Shown here: positions 18,731 through 29,149 of the stretch, piece by piece
Layout of the letters: the number at the start of each line of letters is the position of its first letter
Position numbering within the stretch: position 1 is the first letter of the stretch
Notes under the pieces: model-generated
What the model was told of the DNA's origin: nothing
Seen by the model: the letters and a program-made list of their open reading frames with translations, nothing else
Databases searched by the model: none
Origin: Candidatus Amulumruptor caecigallinarius
GTDB taxonomy: Bacteria; Bacteroidota; Bacteroidia; Bacteroidales; Muribaculaceae
Length of the DNA stretch: 64,000 bases
Direction: 5' to 3'
NCBI GenBank assembly: GCA_023665605.1
Contig: JAMPDP010000001.1
Coordinates: 456,115-520,114 of the forward strand
Made by a program: the position numbers and the translations under genes

Positions 18731-18956
18731 TGTTTCATGATATTGAAACCCAAATTTAATCAATATTCCTGAAAATCAGAATTGAAAATCGCCGGAAACC
18801 TATGAAACGACCTCTCAATCTGAGGCAATACCGAATAATTTTCGGTATCTGAATAATTTTTCGGTACTTGACTTGGGTGTGTGACAGTTGTAATTTTGCA
18901 GTCAACAATCGTCATCAGACGCTTGGCTATACCAATAAACCCACTATATAACAGCA

Positions 18957-19340
18957 ATGAGAGACGAAATCAAGGAATACGAGGCAGTTGCCAAAGCTGC
19001 TGAGAACTTCGTAAAGAGTGTTGCCGAGGGCAACAGCTCATACGCCAAACAATTGTTCACCGACGATGCCGTCCTGTTCGGGATGCTTGACGGTGAGCTC
19101 GAGCATGGCTCAATTGAGCAGTTCTACCGCAATGTCGATACTGTCGGAGCCGGCGACAACTTCAAGGCTCGCATAGATGTACTCGCAGTAGAGGAGACAG
19201 TGGCTGTGGTGCGCGTCCTCGAAGAAGGTTGGGGCGGTCGCATAGACTTTACCGACTTTCTGCTTCTTCTGAAGCTCAACGGCGAATGGAAATGTGTTGC
19301 CAAAGCATACAACCAAAACTCCAATACCCTCAAGGGATAA
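18957..19340 (+). CDS. NTF2-like / SnoaL-like small protein
   Basis: 127 aa. A terminator hairpin lies at about 19361-19405. Confidence 0.5.
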   Translation: MRDEIKEYEAVAKAAENFVKSVAEGNSSYAKQLFTDDAVLFGMLDGELEHGSIEQFYRNVDTVGAGDNFKARIDVLAVEETVAVVRVLEEGWGGRIDFTDFLLLLKLNGEWKCVAKAYNQNSNTLKG

Positions 19341-19605
19341 TAACCTTACGCACAATCTGACAACAAAGGCTGCCTTCAGAACAGGACAGCCTTTGTCATT
19401 ATTATTACAGATTGTTGTATTCGTCGCTATCTTCTCCTGTGCGGTGGAAACCGGAGCAAAGAGTTGCTACCGATGAAGTATTGTTTGTCATTATGTGTCT
19501 TATCTGTATCAGAATTTTAATGTATACGGGTGCAGACCGTGAGTGAGATTGTCACCATGGAGATTGTTGCGCAGAGGTCTGAAATCAGTGTTCCCAACTG
19601 CCTGG

Positions 19606-20166
19606 TTATATGTGCTTGATTATTTTGGCGGGGACACCTCCCACTATCATGTCGGCAGGGACATCTTTGGTGACAACCGCGCCGGCGGCCACTATGGCAT
19701 TGTCGCCGATGGTCACTCCGGCTGTGATGGTCACGTTGGCCCCAATCCACACCCCCTTTCCGATGCGGATGGGTTTGTGGTGCAGGTTTTGGCGGCGAGC
19801 CGGGTCATGGTCATGGTTAAGGGTCGCCATCACCACGCAATGCCCTATCAGGCAGCCATCACCGATATAGATGCCTCCCTGGCCCTGAAAGTGACAGCAT
19901 GAGTTGATAAACACATTCTTGCCAACGTGGATGTTGCGGCCGAAGTCGGTGTAGAAGGGCGGGAACAGTCGGAAGCTGTCATCTATATGCTCGTCGGTAA
20001 TCTGTCCGAACAGCACTCGGATTTCCTCGGGAGTATGGAAGTTGCAGTTCAGCTCAAACTGCAACCTCCGCGACACGTCGCTCTGCTCGCGCATGAACTC
20101 GATAATCTCGCGTCCTTCCAGAGGTTTGCCCTCGGCTATCAGCTCACGGAACTTGTCAATCGTCAT
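19606..20166 (-). CDS. Hexapeptide-repeat sugar O-acetyltransferase (maltose/galactoside acetyltransferase family)
   Basis: Left-handed beta-helix hexapeptide repeats ([12 protein letters not shown]...[24 protein letters not shown]). Confidence 0.75.
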   Translation of the reverse strand: MTIDKFRELIAEGKPLEGREIIEFMREQSDVSRRLQFELNCNFHTPEEIRVLFGQITDEHIDDSFRLFPPFYTDFGRNIHVGKNVFINSCCHFQGQGGIYIGDGCLIGHCVVMATLNHDHDPARRQNLHHKPIRIGKGVWIGANVTITAGVTIGDNAIVAAGAVVTKDVPADMIVGGVPAKIIKHI

Positions 20167-21239
20167 TTGAGGTACTCTGTGAAGAATGCGGCAATCTCGT
20201 CGAAGGGGATGATATCCACACGGTCATAGAGGTCGGTGTGGCTGGCACCTTTCACGGTGAGCATCTGCTTGTTGTCCCCCTTAAGTAGTGCGAAGGTGTC
20301 CTTGCCGAAGTAGTAGGAGTGGGCAGCATCGCCGTGCACTATCAGCACTGCACTCTCCAGCTCATCAGCATACTCAAAGAACTTGAAGTTTATGAACGGA
20401 AGCGTTGATGTGGTGTTCCAGCCGTCAGTGGAGTTGCCCGAGCGGGGATGGAAGCCACGGGGAGTCTTATAGTAAGCGTGATAATCCTTAACAAACTGCG
20501 GAGCATCATCAGGGAGGGGGTCAACCACTCCTCCGGCACGCTGATACTGTCCCGTAGCGTAATCCTTGGTTCGCTGCTCGGCGAGTGTCTTGCGCATAGC
20601 GTTGCGCTTCTCGGCGGAATTGTCTGCATCAAAATAGCCGTTAGCGCTGACGCGTGTCATGTCATACATTGTAGATGCCACCGTAGCCTTGATGCGCGGG
20701 TCATTGATGGCGGCCTCTATCGCAATGCCACCCCATCCGCAAACACCAAGGATGCCTACGCGGGCTGTATCCACCTTGGGCTGCACCATCAGGAAATCCA
20801 CTGCGGCTGAGAAATCCTCCGTATTGATGTCAGGCGATGCCACTCGGCGTGGCATTCCGCCGCTCTCGCCGGTGAATGATGGGTCGAAGGCTATGGTGAG
20901 GAAGCCGCGCTCAGCAAGCTGCTGGGCATAAAGGCCGCTGGACTGCTCCTTGACGGCGCCAAACGGCCCGCTGACGGCGATAGCCGGAAGTTTGCCGGTT
21001 GCTCCCTTGGGAATGTACATATCTGCGGCAAGCGTTATTCCGTAGCGGTTCACGAAAGTAACCTTCCTATGGTCTACCTTGTCACTCTTGGGGAAAACCT
21101 TATCCCACTGCTGGGTCATCTCCAGCTTCTCGACGGGAGCGAGCGATGTGTTGGTATTAGGATTGTTCATAGTCTGTGAATTTAATGTCAGGGCACCTGT
21201 GATTAGTGCCGTTGTTAAAAGTATCGTAAACTTGTCCAT
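20163..21239 (-). CDS. Secreted alpha/beta-hydrolase (dienelactone-hydrolase / prolyl-oligopeptidase-like)
   Basis: The start was trimmed to [19 protein letters not shown] (signal peptide). Motif GVCGWGG. The original ORF has a 5' extension that overlaps the promoter region. Confidence 0.65.
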   Translation of the reverse strand: MDKFTILLTTALITGALTLNSQTMNNPNTNTSLAPVEKLEMTQQWDKVFPKSDKVDHRKVTFVNRYGITLAADMYIPKGATGKLPAIAVSGPFGAVKEQSSGLYAQQLAERGFLTIAFDPSFTGESGGMPRRVASPDINTEDFSAAVDFLMVQPKVDTARVGILGVCGWGGIAIEAAINDPRIKATVASTMYDMTRVSANGYFDADNSAEKRNAMRKTLAEQRTKDYATGQYQRAGGVVDPLPDDAPQFVKDYHAYYKTPRGFHPRSGNSTDGWNTTSTLPFINFKFFEYADELESAVLIVHGDAAHSYYFGKDTFALLKGDNKQMLTVKGASHTDLYDRVDIIPFDEIAAFFTEYLK

Positions 21240-21549
21240 TATGTAATTTGTGTTTCCGAGTCGGTCATGGAGGCCAAACACTGCAAAATAACAAAATTTC
21301 CAGTTTGAAAGCCTTACCATTTCCTCTGCAATCCTTACCAAAACCCCAGATTCTACCGTTTATTCCTCAAAATACCCCCCCTATTCAGAGTCACCAAATC
21401 ATCAATCTCAAATATCTCCGGGGTCAAAAACCGTGCTTTCACAGTTACAATCATAATCCAATAAAGTCAAATACAGAAAAATTATTCATATATCGAACAA
21501 TTTTTCGGTATTCTGATTTTCAGTAATATTTGCTTACTTTGCAATCTGA

Positions 21550-21921
21550 ATGGAAAATATATTTATGGCCTACGAAAAGAAAATAAAGGTTGACCTTGAC
21601 TGTCCTTTGCGGCTCACGATGAGCCTTATAGAGTCCAAATGGAAATCCTGCATCCTTGATGAGATGCGTTCCGGAAACCCAATGCGTCCGAGCGAGATGC
21701 ACAAGTGTCTTCCGGAGGCAGCTCCGCGTGTGCTTGACATCCAGCTGAAAGAGATGGTGGAGGACGGCCTTGTCACCAAAACCATATATCCCGAACTTCC
21801 ACCTCGCTCGGAATACAGAATAACCGCATTGGGTCTTTCGTTGTTACCTATTATAGACGCGATGCTGAAATGGGGTGAAGACCATTTCTACATCTTTGAG
21901 AAAAAATATGGCAAACAATAA
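21550..21921 (+). CDS. HxlR-family winged-helix transcriptional regulator
   Basis: Family signature. Divergently oriented to the hydrolase gene. The start is probably M at 21565. Confidence 0.8.
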   Translation: MENIFMAYEKKIKVDLDCPLRLTMSLIESKWKSCILDEMRSGNPMRPSEMHKCLPEAAPRVLDIQLKEMVEDGLVTKTIYPELPPRSEYRITALGLSLLPIIDAMLKWGEDHFYIFEKKYGKQ

Positions 21922-22162
21922 AGGCACAAGCAGCAATTGAAGGAATACCGATGCAGGAACGAGGCTCTTTTAAGAGCTTGTAGCCTTGACCGTAGCCGAG
22001 CCTATGCCTCGCCTCGCAATCCGGCTGAAATCAATGCTCTCCAATCTGCCTCTAATAAAGTAAATTACGGTAATTTCGGAGGCATTTATATCATATGTCT
22101 GGAGGGCTGATTACATGGTCAATGGAAAATTTTGAGGCTATAACCGATAATCTCAAACCGCA

Positions 22163-22435
22163 ATGAAAGCAACGCTTATAAAGATAAAGAAATGGCTTGC
22201 ATCACTTTCATACCGCACAGGTGTGATTGTGCTTATCGCATGTGTATTGTTCTACATCATCTCTTTTGCACAAATGTTACTTCCTATTTCGGTAGCCGCC
22301 AAGGGAACATTATGGGTGATATTCTTCGGACTTGCAAAAACTGCACAATATTCTGCTCTGCTTATATTGGGAAAGGCCGGTATCGAGAGTATTCGCAAAC
22401 GATGGTGTCGAAACCAAATTGAGGATGCAGGCTGA
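22163..22435 (+). CDS. Hypothetical small 2-TM membrane protein (90 aa)
   Basis: Two hydrophobic helices. It lies in the AT-rich tRNA-adjacent region. Coding status is uncertain. Confidence 0.3.
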   Translation: MKATLIKIKKWLASLSYRTGVIVLIACVLFYIISFAQMLLPISVAAKGTLWVIFFGLAKTAQYSALLILGKAGIESIRKRWCRNQIEDAG

Positions 22436-22857
22436 AAAATACTCTTTATGATATTATATGCCGTATAGCCGCTATTGGATGAAAGAAAATCATGCGCGGA
22501 CCCGAATAGCGCATCACTGCCTTGATTTTCTTTTTCATATAGGGACGATAGCAATGCACCATACACTTGCGGCAACTGGTCTTATCTTCTCTTCCTCTTT
22601 AGTCATATAGTGGGCTTGGGTGAGTGTATGAGCCAAAATAAGTGTCAGACCTTAAAACACCCACTACGCCGTTATTGTTCATCGCCAATCAAATTCAACC
22701 CTTTTTTGAGACAGCATCAATAATATTTTAGTAATTTTAAGGAGATTTTTTGTCCACGCCGAGCATAAAATTCAATTTGGTGGACTATTCGTGGACAAAT
22801 ATAAATTAGTAAAACCTCCAAACATTTGAATAACAAATGAATGGAGATTTTAATAAG

Positions 22858-22931
22858 TGGTCCCACTAGGGCTTGAACCTAGGACTCCCTGATTATGAGT
22901 CAGGTGCTCTAACCGACTGAGCTATAGGACC
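22858..22931 (-). tRNA. tRNA with CAT anticodon (elongator Met or lysidine-modified Ile2), 74 nt including CCA
   Basis: The reverse complement reads GGTCCTATAGCTCAGTCGGTTAGAGCACCTGACTCATAATCAGGGAGTCCTAGGTTCAAGCCCTAGTGGGACCA. It folds as a cloverleaf with T-loop GGTTCAAGCCC and anticodon loop CTCATAA. Confidence 0.85.
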
Positions 22932-23250
22932 TTGGTTGATGCTGTGAGTATGTGATGACCCGTTTACGGTGACAAAGTTAATTATTTTTTCTGAATTGTG
23001 GAAATCTATTTTCTATTTTTCCTTCAAAGTCTATTTTCATCTTACTTTTCTCAAATTCTTGCGTCTTCATTTCTGCTACTGATGTCGAATGATGCAGAAT
23101 TTACACTGATGAAATACTCCACGACCGGATAGCTGCGTGAGGTTTACGCGGCATATCCGGCCGTGGTGGTTGATCTGATGGCAGTACACCTACGAGGGCT
23201 TAGGTGAGGACATGACAGAAGGTCCTCTCACAGCCGTCAGGTGATGGATG

Positions 23251-23676
23251 TCAGAAGGGGAGGTCGCTGCTGGAGTCGGCTCCGGGGGTGAGGTCAGCGG
23301 GAGCTGCGGGGGCGCCGTAGCCGCCGGGGAAGCCGGTGGCGGGGCCGGCAGGGGGAGGCGCGGGCATGCCGTAGCCCTGATTGCCTTGAGGCATGGACTG
23401 CGCAGCGCCGGCCTTCTCGGCCTTCCAACCGCGGATACTTGTGTACCAACGGCCGTTATATTCGCGGCTCTCGATGTCAAACGACAGTGTAATCTCGTCG
23501 CCCACATTCAGGGGATACTGGTCTGCACGGTCGCCGAAGAAGTCGAAGTGTACCTTCTTGGGAAACTGGTCATGCGTCTCAAGCACATACTCACGCTTCT
23601 TCCAGGGGTTGCCTGTAGCCTTGGAGGTGCCTGTGACCTCGGGGAGGGCGAATATTATCTTGCCTTGAATTTCCAT
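23251..23676 (-). CDS. DUF3127-family protein with a Gly/Pro/Ala-rich C-terminal tail
   Basis: MEIQGKIIFALPEVTG...REYVLETHDQFPKKVHFDFFGD... is typical of Bacteroidota DUF3127. Confidence 0.55.
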   Translation of the reverse strand: MEIQGKIIFALPEVTGTSKATGNPWKKREYVLETHDQFPKKVHFDFFGDRADQYPLNVGDEITLSFDIESREYNGRWYTSIRGWKAEKAGAAQSMPQGNQGYGMPAPPPAGPATGFPGGYGAPAAPADLTPGADSSSDLPF

Positions 23677-23812
23677 AATCTGTTAAAATGAGTTTCTATG
23701 GGGTTGATGTCTTGTAACGACAAAGGTAACAAATTTCACCCGATTTACAACCACCTCTCGCATCAAATTGATGTAAGGGCCTGACTGATAATAAAGCTGA
23801 ACAGGCTCTCAG

Positions 23813-24922
23813 TCACACCTCCATAAACTGAGCCATGATGGGGTCGGACGCTATCCAAGCACTCTCGGTGATACGCAACCGGCGCTCGCCATGGGTATCT
23901 GTGAAGGTTGTCATGCGCCCATCGCTCAGGAACGGGGCAGCCACACGCAAGGCGTCGCTTGTGGCCGGGATACCCTCAGCTGTCCTCAGGGCTGTCATCA
24001 CCCGGTCATTAGTCAGTGTGAACGAATCCTCTCGTTCTATGCCACAGGCCGTGCACCCCTCCCCTATCGCCGCCAGCCACCTGCGGAGCGACCCGGGGTT
24101 AGCGCGACGCGTGTCTGTGCCATCGAAGCTGTGAGCCGCCGGCCCGATACCCAGATATGGTACCATGCTCCAATATGATGAGTTGTGACGTGCCCGATAG
24201 CCTGGAAGTGCAAAGTTGGAGATTTCATAATGCTCATATCCGGCCTCTGAAGCCTTGGTACACAAACGGCTGTACATCTCCACCACATCTTCGTCAGCCG
24301 CCGGCTTGATGATTCCGCGCCGTAACATGGATGTAAGCCGCGTGCCCTCCTCATAAGCTAATGCGTATGCCGACAAGTGCTCGGGTCGAAGTTCAAGCAC
24401 CCCGTCAAGTGAGCGTTGCCACGATTTAAGAGTCTGTCCCGGCAGGCCATATATCAGGTCAAGACTGATATTTGCCACCCCCGCAGCGCGCAGTGCAGCC
24501 ACTGCGGCCAGTGCCCCGACAGCATTATGACGCCGCCCAATGGCGCGCAGCTCACTGTCAACGAGCGACTGCACACCCATCGACACGCGGTTCACCCCCA
24601 TGGCCACAACTTCACGTGCCCACTCGACTGTCACATCCTCAGGGTTTGCCTCAATGGTAATCTCGGAAGCAGTATCAAGCGGTATCTCCCGCAGAATCCG
24701 CCCGAGGCGCTGCGTACCGATTGATGACGGTGTGCCGCCACCCAGATATACCGTCACCGGGTCAGCGGGAAGTTCAGTGCACCGCATACGCCATTCCTGC
24801 ACCACGGCATCAGTGTACGCATCCATCAGCTCCTCAGTAGCTGAAAGGGAGTAGAAATCGCAATAAAAGCACTTCGCGTGACAGAACGGCACGTGAATGT
24901 ATAGACCTCCCGGCTGCATCAC
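23813..24922 (-). CDS. hemW: Radical-SAM heme chaperone HemW (oxygen-independent coproporphyrinogen-III oxidase-like)
   Basis: CxxxCxxC motif (HVPFCHAKCFYCDF). 369 aa. Confidence 0.8.
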   Translation of the reverse strand: MMQPGGLYIHVPFCHAKCFYCDFYSLSATEELMDAYTDAVVQEWRMRCTELPADPVTVYLGGGTPSSIGTQRLGRILREIPLDTASEITIEANPEDVTVEWAREVVAMGVNRVSMGVQSLVDSELRAIGRRHNAVGALAAVAALRAAGVANISLDLIYGLPGQTLKSWQRSLDGVLELRPEHLSAYALAYEEGTRLTSMLRRGIIKPAADEDVVEMYSRLCTKASEAGYEHYEISNFALPGYRARHNSSYWSMVPYLGIGPAAHSFDGTDTRRANPGSLRRWLAAIGEGCTACGIEREDSFTLTNDRVMTALRTAEGIPATSDALRVAAPFLSDGRMTTFTDTHGERRLRITESAWIASDPIMAQFMEV

Positions 24923-27900
24923 TGATCCTTGAGCTCGTTGACTCCGCAGAGGGGCTTGAACCGACAGAACTTGCAGGCGTGTCCCCCGACATCCTCCGTC
25001 TGTCGGAACGGTACAGCGGGGTCAAAAATCTCCTTCACCACCGGCGTGAGCCTGTCCATGAACTCTTGATAGAAGTCGCGGTAGTCGGTGATTGTCACCT
25101 TGTCGCTGCGCACTCCGCAGGTAAGTCCCGGCAGCCCGTCGGTGAAGATATGATGCAGCGAGTAGATAATTGGCGTGATGGGTTCATCTGTGCCCTTGGC
25201 CATTCGGTACACGTGGCAATAGAAGAACAGCTGCACGAACGCCTTGGGGCGCGTGTCGAGCGAGCCGTCAAAGGCTCGATCCCAGCCTGAGAGCGACAGC
25301 GGGTCGCGCCCGGTCTTGTAGTCGACTATGCGCAGCCGCCCGTCCACACGATCCACGCGGTCTATGTATTGCCGGATGTTCACCTTCACTCCCGGCACAA
25401 GCTCCATGTTGGCTTGCAGCGGCAACTCGGCGGCTATCACCGTGAATGGGGCGCGTTCCCTCTCGCAGAGCAACATATGCCGTATGGCATCAGTGATGAG
25501 GTCGCGGCTGATGCGGGTTTCCGTGAACAGGCGCGAGCTCCCCCGCTCAGCCTCATCGAGTTTGAGGTAATTCTCGTCAATACATGCGTGGGCTATCCGG
25601 GGGATGGTGTCATCGGCGGAGTCACACACGCGGTCTATCCACTCGGCAGTCACCGTAGCCGGATACTTACCCTCAGGCGATGCGGTGGCATAGAGCCGTT
25701 CGGCTGTCTCATGAAGGATTTTGCCGAAAGTAGATGAATCAATATAGTCAGTAGCGGCATCCTCGATGTCAAGCCCCTCCACATGACGCAGATAAAACTG
25801 CATCGGGCAGTCGATGTAGACGTTGAGTGACGACGCCGAGATGTTTTTTCCCGACCCGGGGATCTGATACAAGCGCAACTTCTCCATGACCCGCTCATCC
25901 TTCATCACGGCCAGTCGCGATGGGTCATAGGCACGTCCGTCAAAGGTGGCTCCGATATGGGTGATACGCGCCGCCGGGCGGAAAGCATATAGCAATTGCA
26001 CCACGTAGCGCGACATCTCGCTGTGACGCAACCCCACGGTGCGCCCGTCATAGAGCAGCGTCACCCGCCGTGCCCTCGATATAAGGCGGAAGAAGTAATA
26101 GGCGAAGATGCTCTCCTGATGCTCGACAGTCGACATACGGTAAGCCTTGCGGAGCACATCGGGAATGAATGAGCGGGTGTAGCTCTTGCGTGGAAACACT
26201 CGCTCGTTCATCGACATGAATATCACGTTGTTGAAGTCGAGAGCGCGGGTCTCCAGCACACCCATCAACTGCAATCCGCGAAGCGGCTCACCCTTCATTG
26301 GCACGGTCTCTGAGGCCAGCGCTCGCTCAAGCAGCTGGAAGGCCGTGGCTTCACCCATCACCACTCCATGCGTGGTGGCCGCATCCAATAGTGTGGAGAG
26401 CGCCAGACGGTAGGAGGCGAGAAACTTGCGGTGGATGTCGCGTTCGCGGCGCGATTCGAGGCCGTCAAGCGCCCGTTCAAGCATATCGAGTATACCGTTG
26501 ATGTAACGGGCGGTATCCGCCAGGTCTCGCTCCTTCACGGGGGTGAAGATGGGTGCCAGCGAGGGATAGTTGTCTGCTATCACGCGTGAGTCGACCATGA
26601 AGCGACGCATCCGGGTCACCTGATCTGCGAGCTTCACGGAGGCATCAGCATCAATGGTCTGCGCCACGGAGTGAGCCAGCAGTGCCATCACATCTTCATA
26701 GAAGAACATCCATGTGTCGCCGCTGCGACGCGCACGCAGATGCAGCGACGTCACGGCTTTGATAAACGTCGCCACCGGCGTGCGTTTCAGCGGATAACCC
26801 ATGGTGACGTTCAAGGCCTTGATTTCGGCGGGTATGGAGTTGACGGCGGTCACGAACAGCCCCTCGTCGGGCATCACAACAGCCGTATCAATGGCATTGG
26901 CGGCATCAATCAGCCCCTCGCCGGCCCAGCGGCGCAACTCATCGCCGGCCACCTTGGCTTGTCCCACGCGCGAGGGCACGTTGATGATACGTATCTCAGG
27001 CTCCGGGAGATTGTCATACTCGCCGCTGTGTATGTCATATAGCGACGGAAATGCCTCGGCATTGCGAGATATGAAGCGCATCGCCTTGTTGGAGTAGCTC
27101 ACCACTCCCTCTCGCGACACTCGCTCGCGGCCTCGGTAAGCGGGCGCGGGAATATCCCAGTAGAAGTCCGCCAGACCGCGGTTATGCAGCAACTCGAAGA
27201 TGCGCAGCTCCGAGGCGGAGAGCACATTGAACCCCACGAACACATAGCGTGAATACTCAAGCTCATCACCGGCCCGCACGGTCTGTACGGCATCGCGGTA
27301 CAAGCGTCCCGGTGATGTTAGCCCTCTCTCAGCAAGTTGTCGGTGATAAGCGTGGTACAGTTCATCCAGCACCTCCCACAGCTTGACGAAACGACCGGCG
27401 GCACGCTCACCACCCCCGGCTGTCACATGCTGCCAGAAGCCTTCGATGTCGGCCGTATAATCCTCCACCCCACCCCAATAACGGCCTATGATGCGGAGCT
27501 GGTCTTCGGTGAGATAGTTGGAACGGATCTCGCGGAAACGCTTTACGTTGACAAACAGCGCGGACGGGTCCACAAGGTAGCGGTCCACGTCGTCGAAGTC
27601 GCTGAGAAGCATATCGCCCCAGTATATGAACCGGTCAAACTCCACATCCTCACCGGTGATACGGCGATACTCGTTGTAGATGATAAACAAGCGGTCATAG
27701 CGCGAGGCTTCCACAAGCTCCGATAGGTCGGCCACAAACTCGTTGATGGAAGTGGTGGCGGGCAGCAAAGCCGGTGGAGTGAGCAGCGAGCGCAGATGAT
27801 GGGTGAAGAATGTGGCGCTGCGCTTGTTGGGAAACACAAACAGGCAGTCGCCGAGCAGCTCCGGCTCGTTGAGGGCGTAAGCCGCGGCTACGCGTCGCAG

Positions 27901-27960
27901 AAACGGCTCCGGCACGTGCCGGTCTTCGGCCCCTCCTTGGGTGTCAGCGGCAGTTCTCAT
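24919..27960 (-). CDS. PD-(D/E)XK-family nuclease, AddB-like inactive-helicase/nuclease subunit with a C-terminal Cys cluster
   Basis: 1013 aa. The C-terminus carries GGHACKFCRFKPLCG (Fe-S type Cys cluster) and a RecB-like nuclease domain. The stop overlaps the hemW start. Confidence 0.65.
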   Translation of the reverse strand: MRTAADTQGGAEDRHVPEPFLRRVAAAYALNEPELLGDCLFVFPNKRSATFFTHHLRSLLTPPALLPATTSINEFVADLSELVEASRYDRLFIIYNEYRRITGEDVEFDRFIYWGDMLLSDFDDVDRYLVDPSALFVNVKRFREIRSNYLTEDQLRIIGRYWGGVEDYTADIEGFWQHVTAGGGERAAGRFVKLWEVLDELYHAYHRQLAERGLTSPGRLYRDAVQTVRAGDELEYSRYVFVGFNVLSASELRIFELLHNRGLADFYWDIPAPAYRGRERVSREGVVSYSNKAMRFISRNAEAFPSLYDIHSGEYDNLPEPEIRIINVPSRVGQAKVAGDELRRWAGEGLIDAANAIDTAVVMPDEGLFVTAVNSIPAEIKALNVTMGYPLKRTPVATFIKAVTSLHLRARRSGDTWMFFYEDVMALLAHSVAQTIDADASVKLADQVTRMRRFMVDSRVIADNYPSLAPIFTPVKERDLADTARYINGILDMLERALDGLESRRERDIHRKFLASYRLALSTLLDAATTHGVVMGEATAFQLLERALASETVPMKGEPLRGLQLMGVLETRALDFNNVIFMSMNERVFPRKSYTRSFIPDVLRKAYRMSTVEHQESIFAYYFFRLISRARRVTLLYDGRTVGLRHSEMSRYVVQLLYAFRPAARITHIGATFDGRAYDPSRLAVMKDERVMEKLRLYQIPGSGKNISASSLNVYIDCPMQFYLRHVEGLDIEDAATDYIDSSTFGKILHETAERLYATASPEGKYPATVTAEWIDRVCDSADDTIPRIAHACIDENYLKLDEAERGSSRLFTETRISRDLITDAIRHMLLCERERAPFTVIAAELPLQANMELVPGVKVNIRQYIDRVDRVDGRLRIVDYKTGRDPLSLSGWDRAFDGSLDTRPKAFVQLFFYCHVYRMAKGTDEPITPIIYSLHHIFTDGLPGLTCGVRSDKVTITDYRDFYQEFMDRLTPVVKEIFDPAVPFRQTEDVGGHACKFCRFKPLCGVNELKDQ

Positions 27961-29093
27961 GCCTGTTGCTTGAGGAGTATCATCATCTTCACCGCCACAT
28001 CGAAGTTCACCACCTTGCCGTTGGCATTGCCGGCGATGTCGGTGGCGGCTTCCTCGAAGGTAGTGATGATGCCCGGGGCATTGGCCACGGTGATAAAGCG
28101 GCCGAAACGGCTCACGAATGAACCTTCGGCTGAGTTCATAAAGCTCAACGCGGGGTTGTGAAAGTTACTCATAAAGCTCTCGCGAACCATCCGCGCGGCG
28201 TATGTGTAGAAACGCAACTCGGCCTCACGTCCTGTGGCAGCCAGATCGTTGGCCCACTCACGGAGCTGCGCGGCATCGCGCACGTAGGCCAAGCGCATCA
28301 ACGAGATAAACCGCTCCAGATCCTCGCGTGCCGTGGCACTGACGGACAGTGCCTTGCGGGCGGCAGTCATGCTCCCCTCCGCAAGATGGGCTATCGCGCG
28401 CGCATCCTCGGCATCCAGACCGTCACGCCGCATAAGCTCGCCGGCTACCTCCTCATCCGAGAGCCGCCCCATGCGTATGCGCTGCAGGCGTGAATAGATG
28501 GTGGGGAGTATAGCCTTGGGCTCGTTGCTCACCATCAGGATGAGGGTGTCGGGATACGGCTCCTCAATCATTTTCAGCAACTTGTTGGCAGTCTCCTCAT
28601 TCATGCGCTCCGGCAACCAAAGTATCACCGTGCGGTAACGCACCGTGCGACTTGAGAAACTTAGCTTGTGAATCAGGTCATTGCTCTCGGTCACATAGAT
28701 CACCGGTCGCGCGTTCGGCTTGTTGAACGTGCGCACCCAGCGGTCAAAGTCGGCATAGGGGTCTTCGGTCAGGAAGCTGCGCCACTCGGCGAGGAAGTCG
28801 TCGCTCACCGGAGCGGTCTGAGCCCCCTCCGGCTTCACCACCGGAAAAGAGTAGATAGTGTCTATATGGTTGAAATTCTGCATCTGCAGACACGAAGGGC
28901 AGTGGCCGCACGGCTCACGGTCGGGAGTTCGGGCAGAGCAGTTGTTGTATTGCGCGAAGGCACGGGCCATGGACAGCTTTCCCACTCCGGCAGGGCCTTC
29001 GAGGAGCAGGGCATGGGGCAGACGGCCTGACTCTGCCATAGTGCGCAGGCGCTGCTTCACGGCTTCATGGCCTGTGATGTCGGAGAACTTCAT
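27957..29093 (-). CDS. holB: DNA polymerase III delta-prime subunit
   Basis: AAA+ clamp-loader N-terminus (LLLEGPAGVGK) and a Zn-finger Cys cluster (CGHCPSC). Confidence 0.75.
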   Translation of the reverse strand: MKFSDITGHEAVKQRLRTMAESGRLPHALLLEGPAGVGKLSMARAFAQYNNCSARTPDREPCGHCPSCLQMQNFNHIDTIYSFPVVKPEGAQTAPVSDDFLAEWRSFLTEDPYADFDRWVRTFNKPNARPVIYVTESNDLIHKLSFSSRTVRYRTVILWLPERMNEETANKLLKMIEEPYPDTLILMVSNEPKAILPTIYSRLQRIRMGRLSDEEVAGELMRRDGLDAEDARAIAHLAEGSMTAARKALSVSATAREDLERFISLMRLAYVRDAAQLREWANDLAATGREAELRFYTYAARMVRESFMSNFHNPALSFMNSAEGSFVSRFGRFITVANAPGIITTFEEAATDIAGNANGKVVNFDVAVKMMILLKQQA

Positions 29094-29149
29094 GGTAGTG
29101 AGGAAGTAGACAGATGAGGAGAGAAAAAGAGTTTAATGTGACTGACGGC

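Noticed and set aside
22252-22575. A 107-aa minus-strand ORF overlapping the small membrane ORF near the tRNA.
   Set aside because: It overlaps 22163-22435 on the opposite strand in AT-rich DNA. It has no motif and no start context, so it is probably non-coding.
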